Position numbers and translations under genes: made by a program. The notes beneath the pieces were generated by a model. The model ran no database searches. It was not told the origin of the DNA and worked only from the letters and a program-made list of their open reading frames with translations. Shown in pieces: positions 23,721 through 34,100 of a stretch of DNA of 64,000 nt. Origin of the DNA: Smithellaceae bacterium (lineage in GTDB: Bacteria > Desulfobacterota > Syntrophia > Syntrophales > Smithellaceae); assembly GCA_963667845.2 (NCBI GenBank), contig CAXXVL010000002.1, positions 3,232,001-3,296,000 on the forward strand, written 5' to 3'. Every line of letters begins with the position of its first letter. The stretch's first letter is position 1.

Positions 23721-23749
23721 CGTTTTCTCCCGTCAATTTTTGTCATGAT

Positions 23750-24931
23750 CTACTTGACTGCATTTTTCAGTGTTTTCGCCATATCCGTTTTTTCCCAACG
23801 ATAGTCGTCCATAAAAAAAGTCCGCGGAATTCTGCGATAAATGCTGCCGTCCAGCAAATTGAATTTCTCGATCATGCCTTCCGGAGTCAAATCGAAATAC
23901 TCTTCGATGATTTTTTCCAGCCGTTCATCCGAAATTTTTCCGGTTCCGAACGTGTTGACATAGATGGAAAACGGCCTGGCAATGCCGATTGCGTATGCCA
24001 ATTGAACGGAACATTTACAGGCCAGCCCCGCCGCAACGATGTTTTTCGCAACATACCGCGCGCCAAAAGCCGCGGAGCAATCTACTTTTTCCGGCGTCTT
24101 ATTGACGACTGCGCCTCCGCCCAGTTGAGCGCCCGGATACCCGCCGTAAAACTGCACAACGAGTTTACGTCCCGTTACACCGGAATCCGCAGCGCTGCAG
24201 GAATTAATGGCATTCCATTCTCCCGTCGGGTTAAATAAAAATTCAGTTTTCTTATCAACAAAATCTTTCAGGCAATCAAAAGCAATTTTTTTGGCGCGAT
24301 CGCGCACCTTTAAACGGTTCCCTTTTACATAACGGTAGTCAATCGAGTTGGACATCAGCACCTTGGCCAGGCGCCTTGGTTTGCCGGTTTTCGCGTCGTA
24401 GTCCACCGAGACCTGCCCCTTCCCGTCCGGTGCAAAAATCGGATCCTGACAGTATTCAAAGGCCCGCATCAATTTATTCACCAGAACGTAAGGCAACGGG
24501 AGGAGTTCCGGCGTTTCGTTGCAGGCAAAACCATACATGATGCCCTGGTCGCCCGCCCCGATTTCCCGATCCTTGTTCAGAAGACAGCTTGTACCCTGAT
24601 TGATATCCTCCGACTGAGGAATAATCGCATTCAACACGCCCATCAAATGACCATTAAGGCCCACAGCCGCATGGTTGTATCCAAGTTCGATGACGGAGTC
24701 TCTGGCAATTTTATCGACGTCAACATAGACCCGCGTTCTCACCTCACCACCAACCAGACATATCCCTTTGCCCAGAAATACCTCAATGCCGCAATGCGGC
24801 ATGTTTGCCAGTGTGAGTTTTTGCTTCTTTTCCTCATCGAGGATAGCCGCAATGATATTAGCCGCAACAGTATCCGCAACCAGATCAGGATGGCCGACTT
24901 TTACACTTTCCGATGAAATCTGCATAGACAT
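23750..24931 (-). CDS. metK: S-adenosylmethionine synthetase (divergent)
   Basis: SESV..GHPD, GAGDQG, PDGK, TGRK, ARYVAKNIVAAGLA. Confidence 0.9.
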   Translation of the reverse strand: MSMQISSESVKVGHPDLVADTVAANIIAAILDEEKKQKLTLANMPHCGIEVFLGKGICLVGGEVRTRVYVDVDKIARDSVIELGYNHAAVGLNGHLMGVLNAIIPQSEDINQGTSCLLNKDREIGAGDQGIMYGFACNETPELLPLPYVLVNKLMRAFEYCQDPIFAPDGKGQVSVDYDAKTGKPRRLAKVLMSNSIDYRYVKGNRLKVRDRAKKIAFDCLKDFVDKKTEFLFNPTGEWNAINSCSAADSGVTGRKLVVQFYGGYPGAQLGGGAVVNKTPEKVDCSAAFGARYVAKNIVAAGLACKCSVQLAYAIGIARPFSIYVNTFGTGKISDERLEKIIEEYFDLTPEGMIEKFNLLDGSIYRRIPRTFFMDDYRWEKTDMAKTLKNAVK

Positions 24932-24968
24932 TTCTCCTTACAGAAATTTTTGTGCGGGTTCGATACCC

Positions 24969-24993
24969 AAAAAAAAACCGCGCCAAAGCACGG
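24969..24993 (-). terminator. Intrinsic terminator in the metK leader (riboswitch expression platform)
   Basis: CCGUGC-UUUG-GCGCGG followed by U9, upstream of the metK start. Confidence 0.8.
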
Positions 24994-25017
24994 GTTCAAT
25001 TGAATGATTGATTTTCA

Positions 25018-25066
25018 GTGCTTTAGCACATTTATAGAGCGGAGCAATTTACTTTAAATCACCGCT
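25018..25066 (-). ncRNA. SAM-II-type riboswitch aptamer
   Basis: AGCGG-UGAUUU-AAAGUAAA-UUGC-U-CCGCU-CUAUAAAUGU-GCUAAA: P1 AGCGG/CCGCU, loop UGAUUU, pseudoknot UUGC/GC(U)AA; lies upstream of metK. Confidence 0.8.
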
Positions 25067-25074
25067 TGACATGC

Positions 25075-25102
25075 AACATACCATACAACCGCATAAAATC
25101 AA
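25075..25102 (-). promoter_or_regulatory. sigma70 promoter of the riboswitch-metK transcript
   Basis: TTGATT-16-TATGTT with an extended TG; predicted start falls just before the aptamer. Confidence 0.5.
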
Positions 25103-25204
25103 GAAAAATTTCTTCAAGAAAGTCCGCACACCGTGAGCTTTGAGCAATCTCAAGGGTCCATTAGCGCGACCATGTCCAAAAGGCCGTTCGCACGTTGTAT
25201 TTTT

Positions 25205-26782
25205 TTATATGTCTATCTGCTGCGCTAACAATTCCTTCGCAGCATAATCCATGTAAATTTTTTCTTTGACGAAAATCTCATATATATTTGCATCGATATG
25301 TTGATCCTTGACCATGAACTCCAGGATTGCCAAAGCTTCCCCAAGCGTCTTGCCTTTTTTGTAAGGCCGGTCTTTGGCTGTTAGCGCTTCAAAAATATCC
25401 GCTAATGCGATAATGCGTGACTGTAAAGGAAACTGATCGCCTTTCAGCCCCAAAGGGTACCCGCTCCCGTCGACCCTTTCATGATGTCCTGCAGCGTATT
25501 CAGCTATTTTCTTAAATTTTTTGGGAAACGGCAACTTGGCCAGCATTTTGTAAGTAATTGCGGCGTGATTATTGATAATACTTCTTTCTTCATCATTGAG
25601 GGTCCCGCGCCGGATGCTCAAATTGTAAATCTCATCTTCCGTGAGAAGCGGCATCGTCTGCATCGATGTACTCCACTTCCGCTTTGCAATCTGCTTAATC
25701 CGCTCAATCATATGATCCTGGATAAATTCGTTTCCGCTATTCACCTGCACCAGAAACTGATACTCATCGTCCAGAACTCTGAGCTCCCCTTCAATGTCCC
25801 GGGATGGATGACGATCCGGACTTTTTGCATTCTGGATCGCCATTTGATGCTCCCGTTTGAGCCATTCGAACCGCACTTTGACATCTTCGATGCGGTCATG
25901 GATCGTCTCCAATTTTGTTGACTTATCGACGACGTGCTCGGGAGTGGTAATTTTCCCGATGTCGTGCAGCCACGCCGCCATACGCAATTCGCGCATTTCA
26001 TCCTCGGAAAAGGACCTGGAGGCAAAATAACCGTCGGAAGCGTCATTAATCTTTTCGGCGATCCTCATGGTTAGATCAGCGACGCGCCGGACATGCCCGC
26101 CGGTATACGGGGACTTTTCATCAATGGCAATGGCAATGGATTGGATGAACGCATCGAGTAGATCTTCCAGCTCGGCGATCAGCATATTGTTCGTCAGCGC
26201 GACTGCCGCCTGGGACGCGAGAGACCAGGCCAGTTCCTGGGCCTCTCCGGAAAAAGGGATCACCTGACCCGTGCCCGGATCCGTTGCGTTGAGGAGCTGC
26301 AGGACACCGATAATGTTGTTGGCATGATCGCGCATCGGAACAACCAGCATCGATTGCGTTCGATATCCGGCATTCAGATCAAACGTCCGCGGGCCTTCGA
26401 AATTAAAACCGGGAGCATCATAGACATCGGCAATGTTGACTGTCTGACCGGTGATCGCCGCATGAGCGGAAACATTGGCATGATTGGCCTGTCCATCAGC
26501 ACCGGTCAGTTTGACGGGCGGCCAGGTTATTTTGCCGCCGGTGCCTCCCATGTTCAGTCCCAGAGATTCATTCTGGACCAGGGCAAAATGGAGTTCGCTC
26601 TCGGTCGCCGACATCAAGTAAAGCGTTCCGCCGTCAGCCCCCGTGATAATACGTGCTTCCGTTAATATTCTTTCCAGCAGACGATCAATATCTTTCTCCG
26701 CTGACAAGGCGGTGCCGATCTGCGTTAATCGCCTCAAATGATCGGCGTTAATGGAATCTCCGCTTTTTTCTTTCTCTCGCAT
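25205..26782 (-). CDS. GAF + HD-GYP cyclic-dinucleotide phosphodiesterase
   Basis: GAF (YRTQSMLVVP..IGVLQLLN); LHDIGK; HHERVDGSGYP; ADIFEALT..RPYK. Confidence 0.9.
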   Translation of the reverse strand: MREKEKSGDSINADHLRRLTQIGTALSAEKDIDRLLERILTEARIITGADGGTLYLMSATESELHFALVQNESLGLNMGGTGGKITWPPVKLTGADGQANHANVSAHAAITGQTVNIADVYDAPGFNFEGPRTFDLNAGYRTQSMLVVPMRDHANNIIGVLQLLNATDPGTGQVIPFSGEAQELAWSLASQAAVALTNNMLIAELEDLLDAFIQSIAIAIDEKSPYTGGHVRRVADLTMRIAEKINDASDGYFASRSFSEDEMRELRMAAWLHDIGKITTPEHVVDKSTKLETIHDRIEDVKVRFEWLKREHQMAIQNAKSPDRHPSRDIEGELRVLDDEYQFLVQVNSGNEFIQDHMIERIKQIAKRKWSTSMQTMPLLTEDEIYNLSIRRGTLNDEERSIINNHAAITYKMLAKLPFPKKFKKIAEYAAGHHERVDGSGYPLGLKGDQFPLQSRIIALADIFEALTAKDRPYKKGKTLGEALAILEFMVKDQHIDANIYEIFVKEKIYMDYAAKELLAQQIDI

Positions 26783-26806
26783 GGTTCTTCTTTCTGCTTT
26801 CCTGAA

Positions 26807-27496
26807 CTAACGAATCACGATCAGCGGGATGTCTTTTTCCAGTTGCTTCTTAATATTCAATAATGCTTCGTCCGGATATGAAGTTTCCGAAAGATATTTT
26901 TTATTCAGTGTTCTGACCGGTCGAAATTTTTGTATGGCATAGCGCTTCGCACCGGCAATCTCGCGCGTTATCTCCAGAATATCCGCGCCTGACAACTTCG
27001 AAGAGACTACGGTCGTACGGAATTCATGTTCGATCCCCGACCTTAGAATAAGCCCGATGCTTTCACGGATAACATCAAAGGGTATCGCTGCCTTAATTAG
27101 ACTCGGGTACTTGGCGGCCGGTGCCTTGACATCCATGGCAATAAAATCGAGAAGCTTTTCCTGAAACAGCTGCGCGAGGACATCGGGGCGCGAGCCGTTG
27201 GAATCAAGTTTCACACAAAATCCCATCTTACGAATCCTGCCGATAAAAGGAATCAGATCTTCCTGGAGCGTCGGTTCGCCGCCCGTAATCGTCACTGCGT
27301 CGAGCTTTCCGCGCCTCGACTCCAGAAATTCGAGGATATCTTTCTCGGGCAGACACGGACGATATAACTTCTTTTCCACCAACTCCGGATTATGGCAATA
27401 CGGACAGCGGAAATTGCAGCCCTGCGTAAAAATAATAGCACTTATTTTGCCCGGATAGTCAATCAGAGAGACTTTTTGCAAACCGCCAATTTTCAT
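26807..27496 (-). CDS. nrdG: Anaerobic ribonucleotide reductase activating radical SAM protein
   Basis: GCNFRCPYCHN, TGGEP; directly downstream of nrdD. Confidence 0.92.
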   Translation of the reverse strand: MKIGGLQKVSLIDYPGKISAIIFTQGCNFRCPYCHNPELVEKKLYRPCLPEKDILEFLESRRGKLDAVTITGGEPTLQEDLIPFIGRIRKMGFCVKLDSNGSRPDVLAQLFQEKLLDFIAMDVKAPAAKYPSLIKAAIPFDVIRESIGLILRSGIEHEFRTTVVSSKLSGADILEITREIAGAKRYAIQKFRPVRTLNKKYLSETSYPDEALLNIKKQLEKDIPLIVIR

Positions 27497-27585
27497 TTCT
27501 TTTCCCTGCCATCCTTCATGACTGCAAATCTCCGGGTTCTTCTTGCCGGGACAAATGGCGCTCTTCTGAAATCATCCGTTTACGG

Positions 27586-29673
27586 TTACTGCAACCGGTA
27601 TACCTGTCGTGAATCAAATTCCTCCTGTTTGCCTTTATTCCACTGCTTGACCGGCCGCAGATATCCGACCACGCGGGAATAAACTTCACAGGCCTCCGCG
27701 CAGGTGGGACAGTTTTCCACTTCTCCTTTGATATAGCCGTGCGAGGGACACACGCTGAACGTGGGAGTAAAAGTCATATAGGGCAAGTGATAACTGGAGC
27801 ATATCTTGCGCACCAGGGCTTTGACCGCCATGGGATCGTCGACGCGTTCACCGGCAAATGTATGGAAAACCGTACCGCCGGTATAACGCGTTTGAATTTC
27901 GTCCTGCAAATCGAGGGCTTCAAAGATATCATCGGTGTAATTTACCGGCAGCTGAGTCGAGTTTGTATAGTATGGCTCGGCTGTTTTGGATTTGCCGTCG
28001 CTTGCGGAAATAATGTCCGGATACTTCACTTTATCTATCCGGGCCAGACGGTAAGATGTCCCCTCCGCCGGTGTCGATTCCAGGTTATAATTATTGCCCG
28101 TTTCTTTTTGATAGGCGATCAGCCGGGTTCTCATAAAGTCCAGCACCGCTTTTGTGAACTCCTGGCCTTCCGTCGTCGCAATGTTTGTTCCCAGCAGATT
28201 CAGACATGCTTCATTCATCCCGACCAGTCCGATTGTGGAAAAGTGATTTTTCCAGTATTCGTCAAATCTCTCTTTAACATTGCGCAGATAATATTTTGTG
28301 TAAGGATAAAGATTTCCGTCCGTAAATTTTTCCAGGACCTTTCTCTTGGTCTCCAGGCTTTCCTTGGCAATATCCATCAGCCGGCCCAGCTGCTGCATAA
28401 AGTCCTTTTTCGATTTGGCCAGATAGCCGATCCTAGGCATGTTGATCGTAATCACACCGATGGAACCGGTCAGCGGATTGGAACCGAAAAGCCCCCCGCC
28501 GCGCACCTGCAGTTCCCGGTTGTCGATCCGCAGACGGCAGCACATACTGCGGGCGTCTTCGGGATTCATATCTGAATTAATGAAATTGGAAAAATACGGC
28601 ACGCCGTACTTTGCGGTCATTTCCCACAGATCAGTCATGTTCGGGTTATCCCAGTCGAAATCTTTTGTGACGCTGTAGGTCGGGATGGGAAAGGTGAATA
28701 CTCTTCCCTTGGCGTCGCCTTCGGCCATGACCTGCAAAAATGCCTTGTTGAACAAATCAAGTTCTTCTTGAAATTCCTTATAGGTCTCTTTTTGCGGTTT
28801 ACCGCCGATAATCACGGGCTGATCAGCGTAATATTTGGGAATCGTCAGGTCGAGCGTGACGTTCGTAAACGGCGTCTGGAAACCGACCCGCGTCGGCACA
28901 TTGATGTTGAAAATAAATTCCTGAAGCGCCTGTTTGATTTCCTTGATGCTCAATCCGTCGTACCGGATAAACGGCGCCAGCAGCGTATCGAAATTGGAAA
29001 ATGCCTGCGCGCCCGCCGCTTCACCCTGCAGCGTATAGAAGAAATTGACAACCTGCCCCAGCGCACTCCGCAGATGCTTGGCCGGTTTGCTTTCGACCTT
29101 GCCCGATACGCCGCGGAATCCCTGCATCAGGACGTCATATAAATCCCAGCCCACACAATAGACGGACAGCAAACTCAAATCATGAATATGAAAATCACCA
29201 TCGGTATGCGCTTTGCGGATTTCCGGTGTGTAAATTTCATTGAGCCAGTAAACCTTGCTCACTTCAGAGGATATATAATTATTCAGCCCCTGCAGTGAAT
29301 AATCCATATTGCTGTTCTCGTTGATCTTCCAGTCGGCCTTGCTCAGATACTGATCAACGAGGTCCACTTCCATCTTATTGGTGATGTCACGCAGACGGGA
29401 GTGCTGATCGCGGTAAATGATATAGGCTTTGGCCGTCATGCGGTAGGGCGACTGCAGCAGAACTTCTTCGACGATGTCCTGAATTTCTTCAACCGATAAT
29501 ATCTTGCCATTGAAAAGCTGCTCCGCAAGATTGAGCACCTTAATGGTCAGCTTGCGCGCCTCCTTCATATCAAATTCGCCAGTGGCGGCACAAGCCTTGG
29601 CAATGGCGCTGGTGATCTTATCGGCGTTGAATTTAACTAAACGGCCATCTCTCTTTTTAATCTTTGTGTTCAT
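27586..29673 (-). CDS. nrdD: Class III anaerobic ribonucleoside-triphosphate reductase with ATP cone
   Basis: IKKRDG ATP cone (start revised), HIHDL, SMCCRL, TPAE, YSRVVGY glycyl-radical motif. Confidence 0.95.
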   Translation of the reverse strand: MNTKIKKRDGRLVKFNADKITSAIAKACAATGEFDMKEARKLTIKVLNLAEQLFNGKILSVEEIQDIVEEVLLQSPYRMTAKAYIIYRDQHSRLRDITNKMEVDLVDQYLSKADWKINENSNMDYSLQGLNNYISSEVSKVYWLNEIYTPEIRKAHTDGDFHIHDLSLLSVYCVGWDLYDVLMQGFRGVSGKVESKPAKHLRSALGQVVNFFYTLQGEAAGAQAFSNFDTLLAPFIRYDGLSIKEIKQALQEFIFNINVPTRVGFQTPFTNVTLDLTIPKYYADQPVIIGGKPQKETYKEFQEELDLFNKAFLQVMAEGDAKGRVFTFPIPTYSVTKDFDWDNPNMTDLWEMTAKYGVPYFSNFINSDMNPEDARSMCCRLRIDNRELQVRGGGLFGSNPLTGSIGVITINMPRIGYLAKSKKDFMQQLGRLMDIAKESLETKRKVLEKFTDGNLYPYTKYYLRNVKERFDEYWKNHFSTIGLVGMNEACLNLLGTNIATTEGQEFTKAVLDFMRTRLIAYQKETGNNYNLESTPAEGTSYRLARIDKVKYPDIISASDGKSKTAEPYYTNSTQLPVNYTDDIFEALDLQDEIQTRYTGGTVFHTFAGERVDDPMAVKALVRKICSSYHLPYMTFTPTFSVCPSHGYIKGEVENCPTCAEACEVYSRVVGYLRPVKQWNKGKQEEFDSRQVYRLQ

Positions 29674-29717
29674 GCGCCCCCTCCCGGCTTGATTAAAAGA
29701 AATATTGCCCCCTGAAT

Positions 29718-29765
29718 ACGCTATATATTGGGGTTTGAAGAGAATATTACCACTACATATGGGCC
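29718..29765. promoter_or_regulatory. Tandem NrdR boxes
   Basis: ACGCTATATATTGGGG (29718-29733) and CCACTACATATGGGCC (29750-29765), 32 bp apart, upstream of nrdD. Confidence 0.8.
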
Positions 29766-29867
29766 TTATCAAGAAAAAACATTTTTAAATAAAATAATAA
29801 CCATCGGTCATTTTGGGGATTGCAATTTATCAATCGCAGGTTTATGAAAAGACTATGAATTTGAAGG

Positions 29868-30503
29868 ATGGCCGCTTTGATTTTTAATTTGAAGAAAATT
29901 ATGAACGTTAAGGGTTTTTTAGATGATGACGAGGCAAGGCAGCTCTATCATCTGGCTGTGGAAGTCTCCAAATCCGCCCCGTGTCTGGAAATCGGCAGCT
30001 ATTGCGGGAAATCGGCGATCTTCCTGGGATCAGGCTGCAAGGAAAATAATGCAGTATTATTTTCTGTTGATCATCACACGGGTTCGGAAGAGCAGCAACC
30101 GGGCCAGGAATACTTCGATCCTGATCTGGTGGATCAGGTAACGGGTAAAATCGATACATTGCGCTTATTCCGCAAGACCATCGCTGATTTTGATCTCGCA
30201 AACGCAGTAGTCCCGGTTATCGGCCGCTCGGAGACTGTTGGAAAATCCTGGAATACACCGCTGGGCCTCGTTTTTATTGACGGCAGTCACGCCTATGAAT
30301 CCGCATTAAACGACTACGAAACCTGGGCAAAGCACGTTGTGCCCGGCGGTTATCTGATCTTTCACGATATTTTTCCCGACCCGTCTCAGGGCGGTCAGGC
30401 GCCCTATCTTGTCTATCAAAAAGCCGTGGCATCCGGCGAATACGATGTCCTGCCGCTTTTCAAATCGCTGGGGGTATTAAGGAAGAAAGGCTGTAGCTTG
30501 TAG
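29868..30503 (+). CDS. Class I SAM methyltransferase resembling MMP 1-O-methyltransferase MeT1
   Basis: GFL..DE, EIGSYCGKS, DHH.GSEE.QPG.EY.DP.LVD..TG..DTL, FIDG.H, HDIFPDP..GGQAP. Confidence 0.8.
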   Translation: MAALIFNLKKIMNVKGFLDDDEARQLYHLAVEVSKSAPCLEIGSYCGKSAIFLGSGCKENNAVLFSVDHHTGSEEQQPGQEYFDPDLVDQVTGKIDTLRLFRKTIADFDLANAVVPVIGRSETVGKSWNTPLGLVFIDGSHAYESALNDYETWAKHVVPGGYLIFHDIFPDPSQGGQAPYLVYQKAVASGEYDVLPLFKSLGVLRKKGCSL

Positions 30504-30514
30504 GCTCTAGTTCA

Positions 30515-30551
30515 AATGTATAGAGACGTTGTGACAACGCCTCTATACATT
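30515..30551. repeat. 17-bp near-perfect hairpin between convergent genes (REP-like or bidirectional terminator)
   Basis: AATGTATAGAGACGTTG-TGA-CAACGCCTCTATACATT, one mismatch. Confidence 0.65.
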
Positions 30552-30639
30552 CGCCGTTTATGGACTATTTCCAACCGGACACGCATGCTCCGCTTTGGCC
30601 GAATATTTCCGGCTCTTCGGCGCCGCACTCAAGCGGCAC

Positions 30640-31086
30640 CTACTTTGCTTTCGTCGTCTTTGTAGCAGTCTTTGCCGGAGCTTTCGCCGCAGCCATTTCC
30701 GCTTTGATCTTATCCACCGCCTGCAAACCCTCAACGCGGAGAGAACTTTGCGGATAGGCTTTCAGAAATTCCTGAAACAACTTGAGAGCCTCCTCATTGT
30801 TACCCTTAACTTTTGTGTCCAGTGCAATTTTGAACTTCTGAAGCTCCTCTTCCGGGACGGACGGAGACTTGTCTTTCCCTTTCCAATACATATTATCTGC
30901 CGACTCGTTCTTTGCGCCTCTGACGCCGCCGACTGCCGTTGTAACACCTGATTTTTTAGCAGGCGTTACTTTCTCCAGCTTCCCTTGAAGATTATCCCAA
31001 AAACTGTCTTTCCCCGCGCCCTGGGCTCCGTTTGCGAGAACGAATACCAGCAGCGTGCCAAGCATCAGCAATGTTTTTGTTTTCAT
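30640..31086 (-). CDS. Small exported protein with TTAVGGVRG motif and a TPR-like helix pair
   Basis: Signal peptide; ALKLFQEFLKAYPQS TPR-like segment; Lys/Ala/Thr-rich tail; GGAG RBS. Confidence 0.8.
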   Translation of the reverse strand: MKTKTLLMLGTLLVFVLANGAQGAGKDSFWDNLQGKLEKVTPAKKSGVTTAVGGVRGAKNESADNMYWKGKDKSPSVPEEELQKFKIALDTKVKGNNEEALKLFQEFLKAYPQSSLRVEGLQAVDKIKAEMAAAKAPAKTATKTTKAK

Positions 31087-31125
31087 GCCTGTCTCCTTTT
31101 CTTTGTTCTGTCTGATGATCCCTGA

Positions 31126-34100
31126 TTATATACTTCCCAGCAATTCCATGGCCAGTGTCTGGTGCTTTCTGGCAATTTGATCATCTTTCTCAACCGCCCT
31201 TCGAAAGATCTGTGCAGCCTTGTCCCTTTTGTTGAGTTTGAGATAGCACAGCGAGAGATTGACTAAAATGTACGGATCGGCGGGATCGAGTTCGGCCGCC
31301 TTTTCATATGATTTTCGTGCGTCGTTAAATCTCCCTTTCAGATACTGGAGATTGCCGATGTTGTTTTTAATCTCGGCATTGTTTGGTGTAAGCTTGTCCG
31401 CCTTCTCAAAAAAGGACTGCGCCTTCTCCAATTCTCCGGCTTCGCCGTAAATAATTCCCAATTGAATGAACGCATGAGCGTCTTCCGGATACTTCGTTGC
31501 AGCTAGATAATAACGATTGCTGGTGTGCTTGAGCCAGATTCTATGGAGCTTTGCAATTTCGTCGCCATAGCGTTTACTCACTTCGGATTTGGCTTTCACC
31601 TGAACCCGCCAGTCTGAAAAAGGAAGCGTCGCCGGCTTATATCTGTCCCAGGCCCTGGCAAGATCCGTCAACTCCAGGCCTTTCTTCTTCCACTCATAAT
31701 AGGTCTTACTCCCTGTTTCCCATGCCTTCATAAAGGTGGAACCGACCAGCGTCAACTCGACAGGCGCCCAGATCGTTCCTTCATGAACGACCAGCAGACC
31801 GTTCATTGTGGAATCACCCAGATCACTCGCCTCGCCTAATGCAAACATCATGAAGAGATGATCGGGAGTTCCGAGAACCATGGTACGGATACCCAAACCC
31901 TCAAGGGCCGCCGTATAGAGGACAACCAGATCGGTGCAAACGCCGGAATTCCTTTTCAGCGTTTCGCGGGGGTACTGGACATAATCCACGATGCTGGTTT
32001 TGCCCTCTACGATCTGGTAGGGATTATTGGGGTGCTGCAGATACGTCATTCCCATAAAACCAAGATATTCATAGAGTGCGGCGGCATAGACGAGGGGCGA
32101 GCTGATGTCCGCGTACTGGGTGACCACAGCCCGCGTGAATTCCAAAACGACCGGATCCTTGGACGTAATGAAGGTTGCAACACGGTCCTTGTTGATCCAC
32201 ACCATCCGATGCTTTTCATAGAGTTTGATCGTATTGTTCTTCGAACAACTGCGCGACTTTTGATTTTCGTAGTAGGTCACCTTGAGCTCGGTTTGCACCG
32301 GCGTATCTTCCGTCACCTCGAGTATCTTGTTGTTGAAGACCGCTTTGAAGGCAACTTCCCTGCTTTCTTTGGGCAGAAGGTTCTGGATTTCAACCTCCGT
32401 CGAGAAGTCCATATATTCTTTGATATTGAAAGCAAGTTTCAATGTCGGGATGGGATTGCGTGTATTGTTGGTAAGTCTAACCTTGCCGATCCCTTCATTC
32501 TCATAGATCTTATACGTGTTCGAGAAGATATCACTCATCTCGAGAATATCGATTTCCAGCGGCGCTTTGATGGCGACCTGTGTGCGAATGCTGACGGGAA
32601 CGTGTTCGCTCTCCACTTCATCGATACTGACGGCACTCACCAAATACGTATAGGAAGTATCCGGCTCCAGGCCCCCTTCGGAAAATACTCCTGTTTTCGT
32701 CCGGGCGATCAATGCCGATCCATCACTATCGCGGTAAACATTATAATGATCGATATAGTCCTCTTTGCTCATTTTCCAGACCAGATCCACGGACCATTCC
32801 AGGCTCTGCGCTTCCAGAGAGATGGGGGCCGGCGGAGCGTATTTCAGCGGGACAGACGACGCAGATTCGGGCGTGATATTCTCGTTCCCCCCCGCCCCGC
32901 GCGCACTGACCCGGAAGACATAATTCTTTCCCGGAAGGACCGAGGCATCGCGAAAAGAATTCTTCGGCGATGTTCCGACTTCCTGATAGGAAAAGTCACC
33001 TTCCAGTTTGCGGAAAACGCGATATGATTCGACAATGGATTCTTCAGACGGATTCCAGGTAATATCCACGGCTCTCATAGCAGGCTTGGCATGGATGCCT
33101 GTGGGAGCCGAAGGCGTGTATTGCATGCCAAACGTCTGCAGGCGCTTGTTCCCCGGATCGGAAACCATGAACTGGGCGTTGTCCATAACGACAATCGATG
33201 CGGGTTGTTTGAAATCCCCCTTTCCACTTCCTTTGGCACCGAATTCCCGGAGAAACTTACCCGTCAGTGTAAATACCTTGATGCTCCTTGTCCCGGCATC
33301 GGCCACCAGCAACTCGGGTCCCATAACGGCAAGGCTCACCGGGCTGTCGAATCTATCCGGGCCTATCAGATCACCCCCTATTTCCCTCGTGACACTTCCG
33401 TTGGGAGCGATACACACGACAATTTTCCGATCTTCACAAAGGACGTAGGTATTTCCTTTCGCGTCCTGGGCAATGGCAACGGGCGCCTCCAGGGGCTGGT
33501 TCCCCGCCGCTTTGGTAAAGGCATTCATGAGGACCCCTTCACCGTTGAACACCTGAATCCGATTATTATTTTTATCGGCGACGTAAATCAAACCATCCGG
33601 GCCAATCAGAATATCGCTCGGTTTGGAAAAATAGCCTTCCTTATTTCCGGACGAACCCACTTTGAGGAGCACACGGCCCGAGGTATCCAGCTTTACAAGC
33701 TGGCTTGCCTCGCGGTCGATTATCCAGGGAAACCCCTTGAGATCAACCGCTACGGAAACGGGGACCACATCCGGCACTCTGATCGTCTTTTCGACGCGCC
33801 CGTCCTTCACGGCAAGCACGGCGTCGCTTTCCGGATCGACGGCAAAAATGCGCCGGGATGTTTTGTCCCAGGCCAGTTTTTTCGCCGAAGCGGGAATATC
33901 GCTGAGCCATCTGACGGATGTCGGAGGCGAGATGTCAAACGGCAAATCATTGCCTGTTTCTTTCCCGGTTGCAATCACCTGTATTGTCGCTCTCGACCGG
34001 TCGACTGCATAGACATTGCCCAGACCATCCGTGGCAATTCCATAGAGCTCCTGAAATTGGACCTTCCCCGGCCCCATGGTTCCGAATGAAAAAAGCTTCT

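Noticed and set aside
31858..34089. Long plus-strand ORFs of 389 and 332 aa
   Set aside because: Antisense shadows of the NHL/transglutaminase gene
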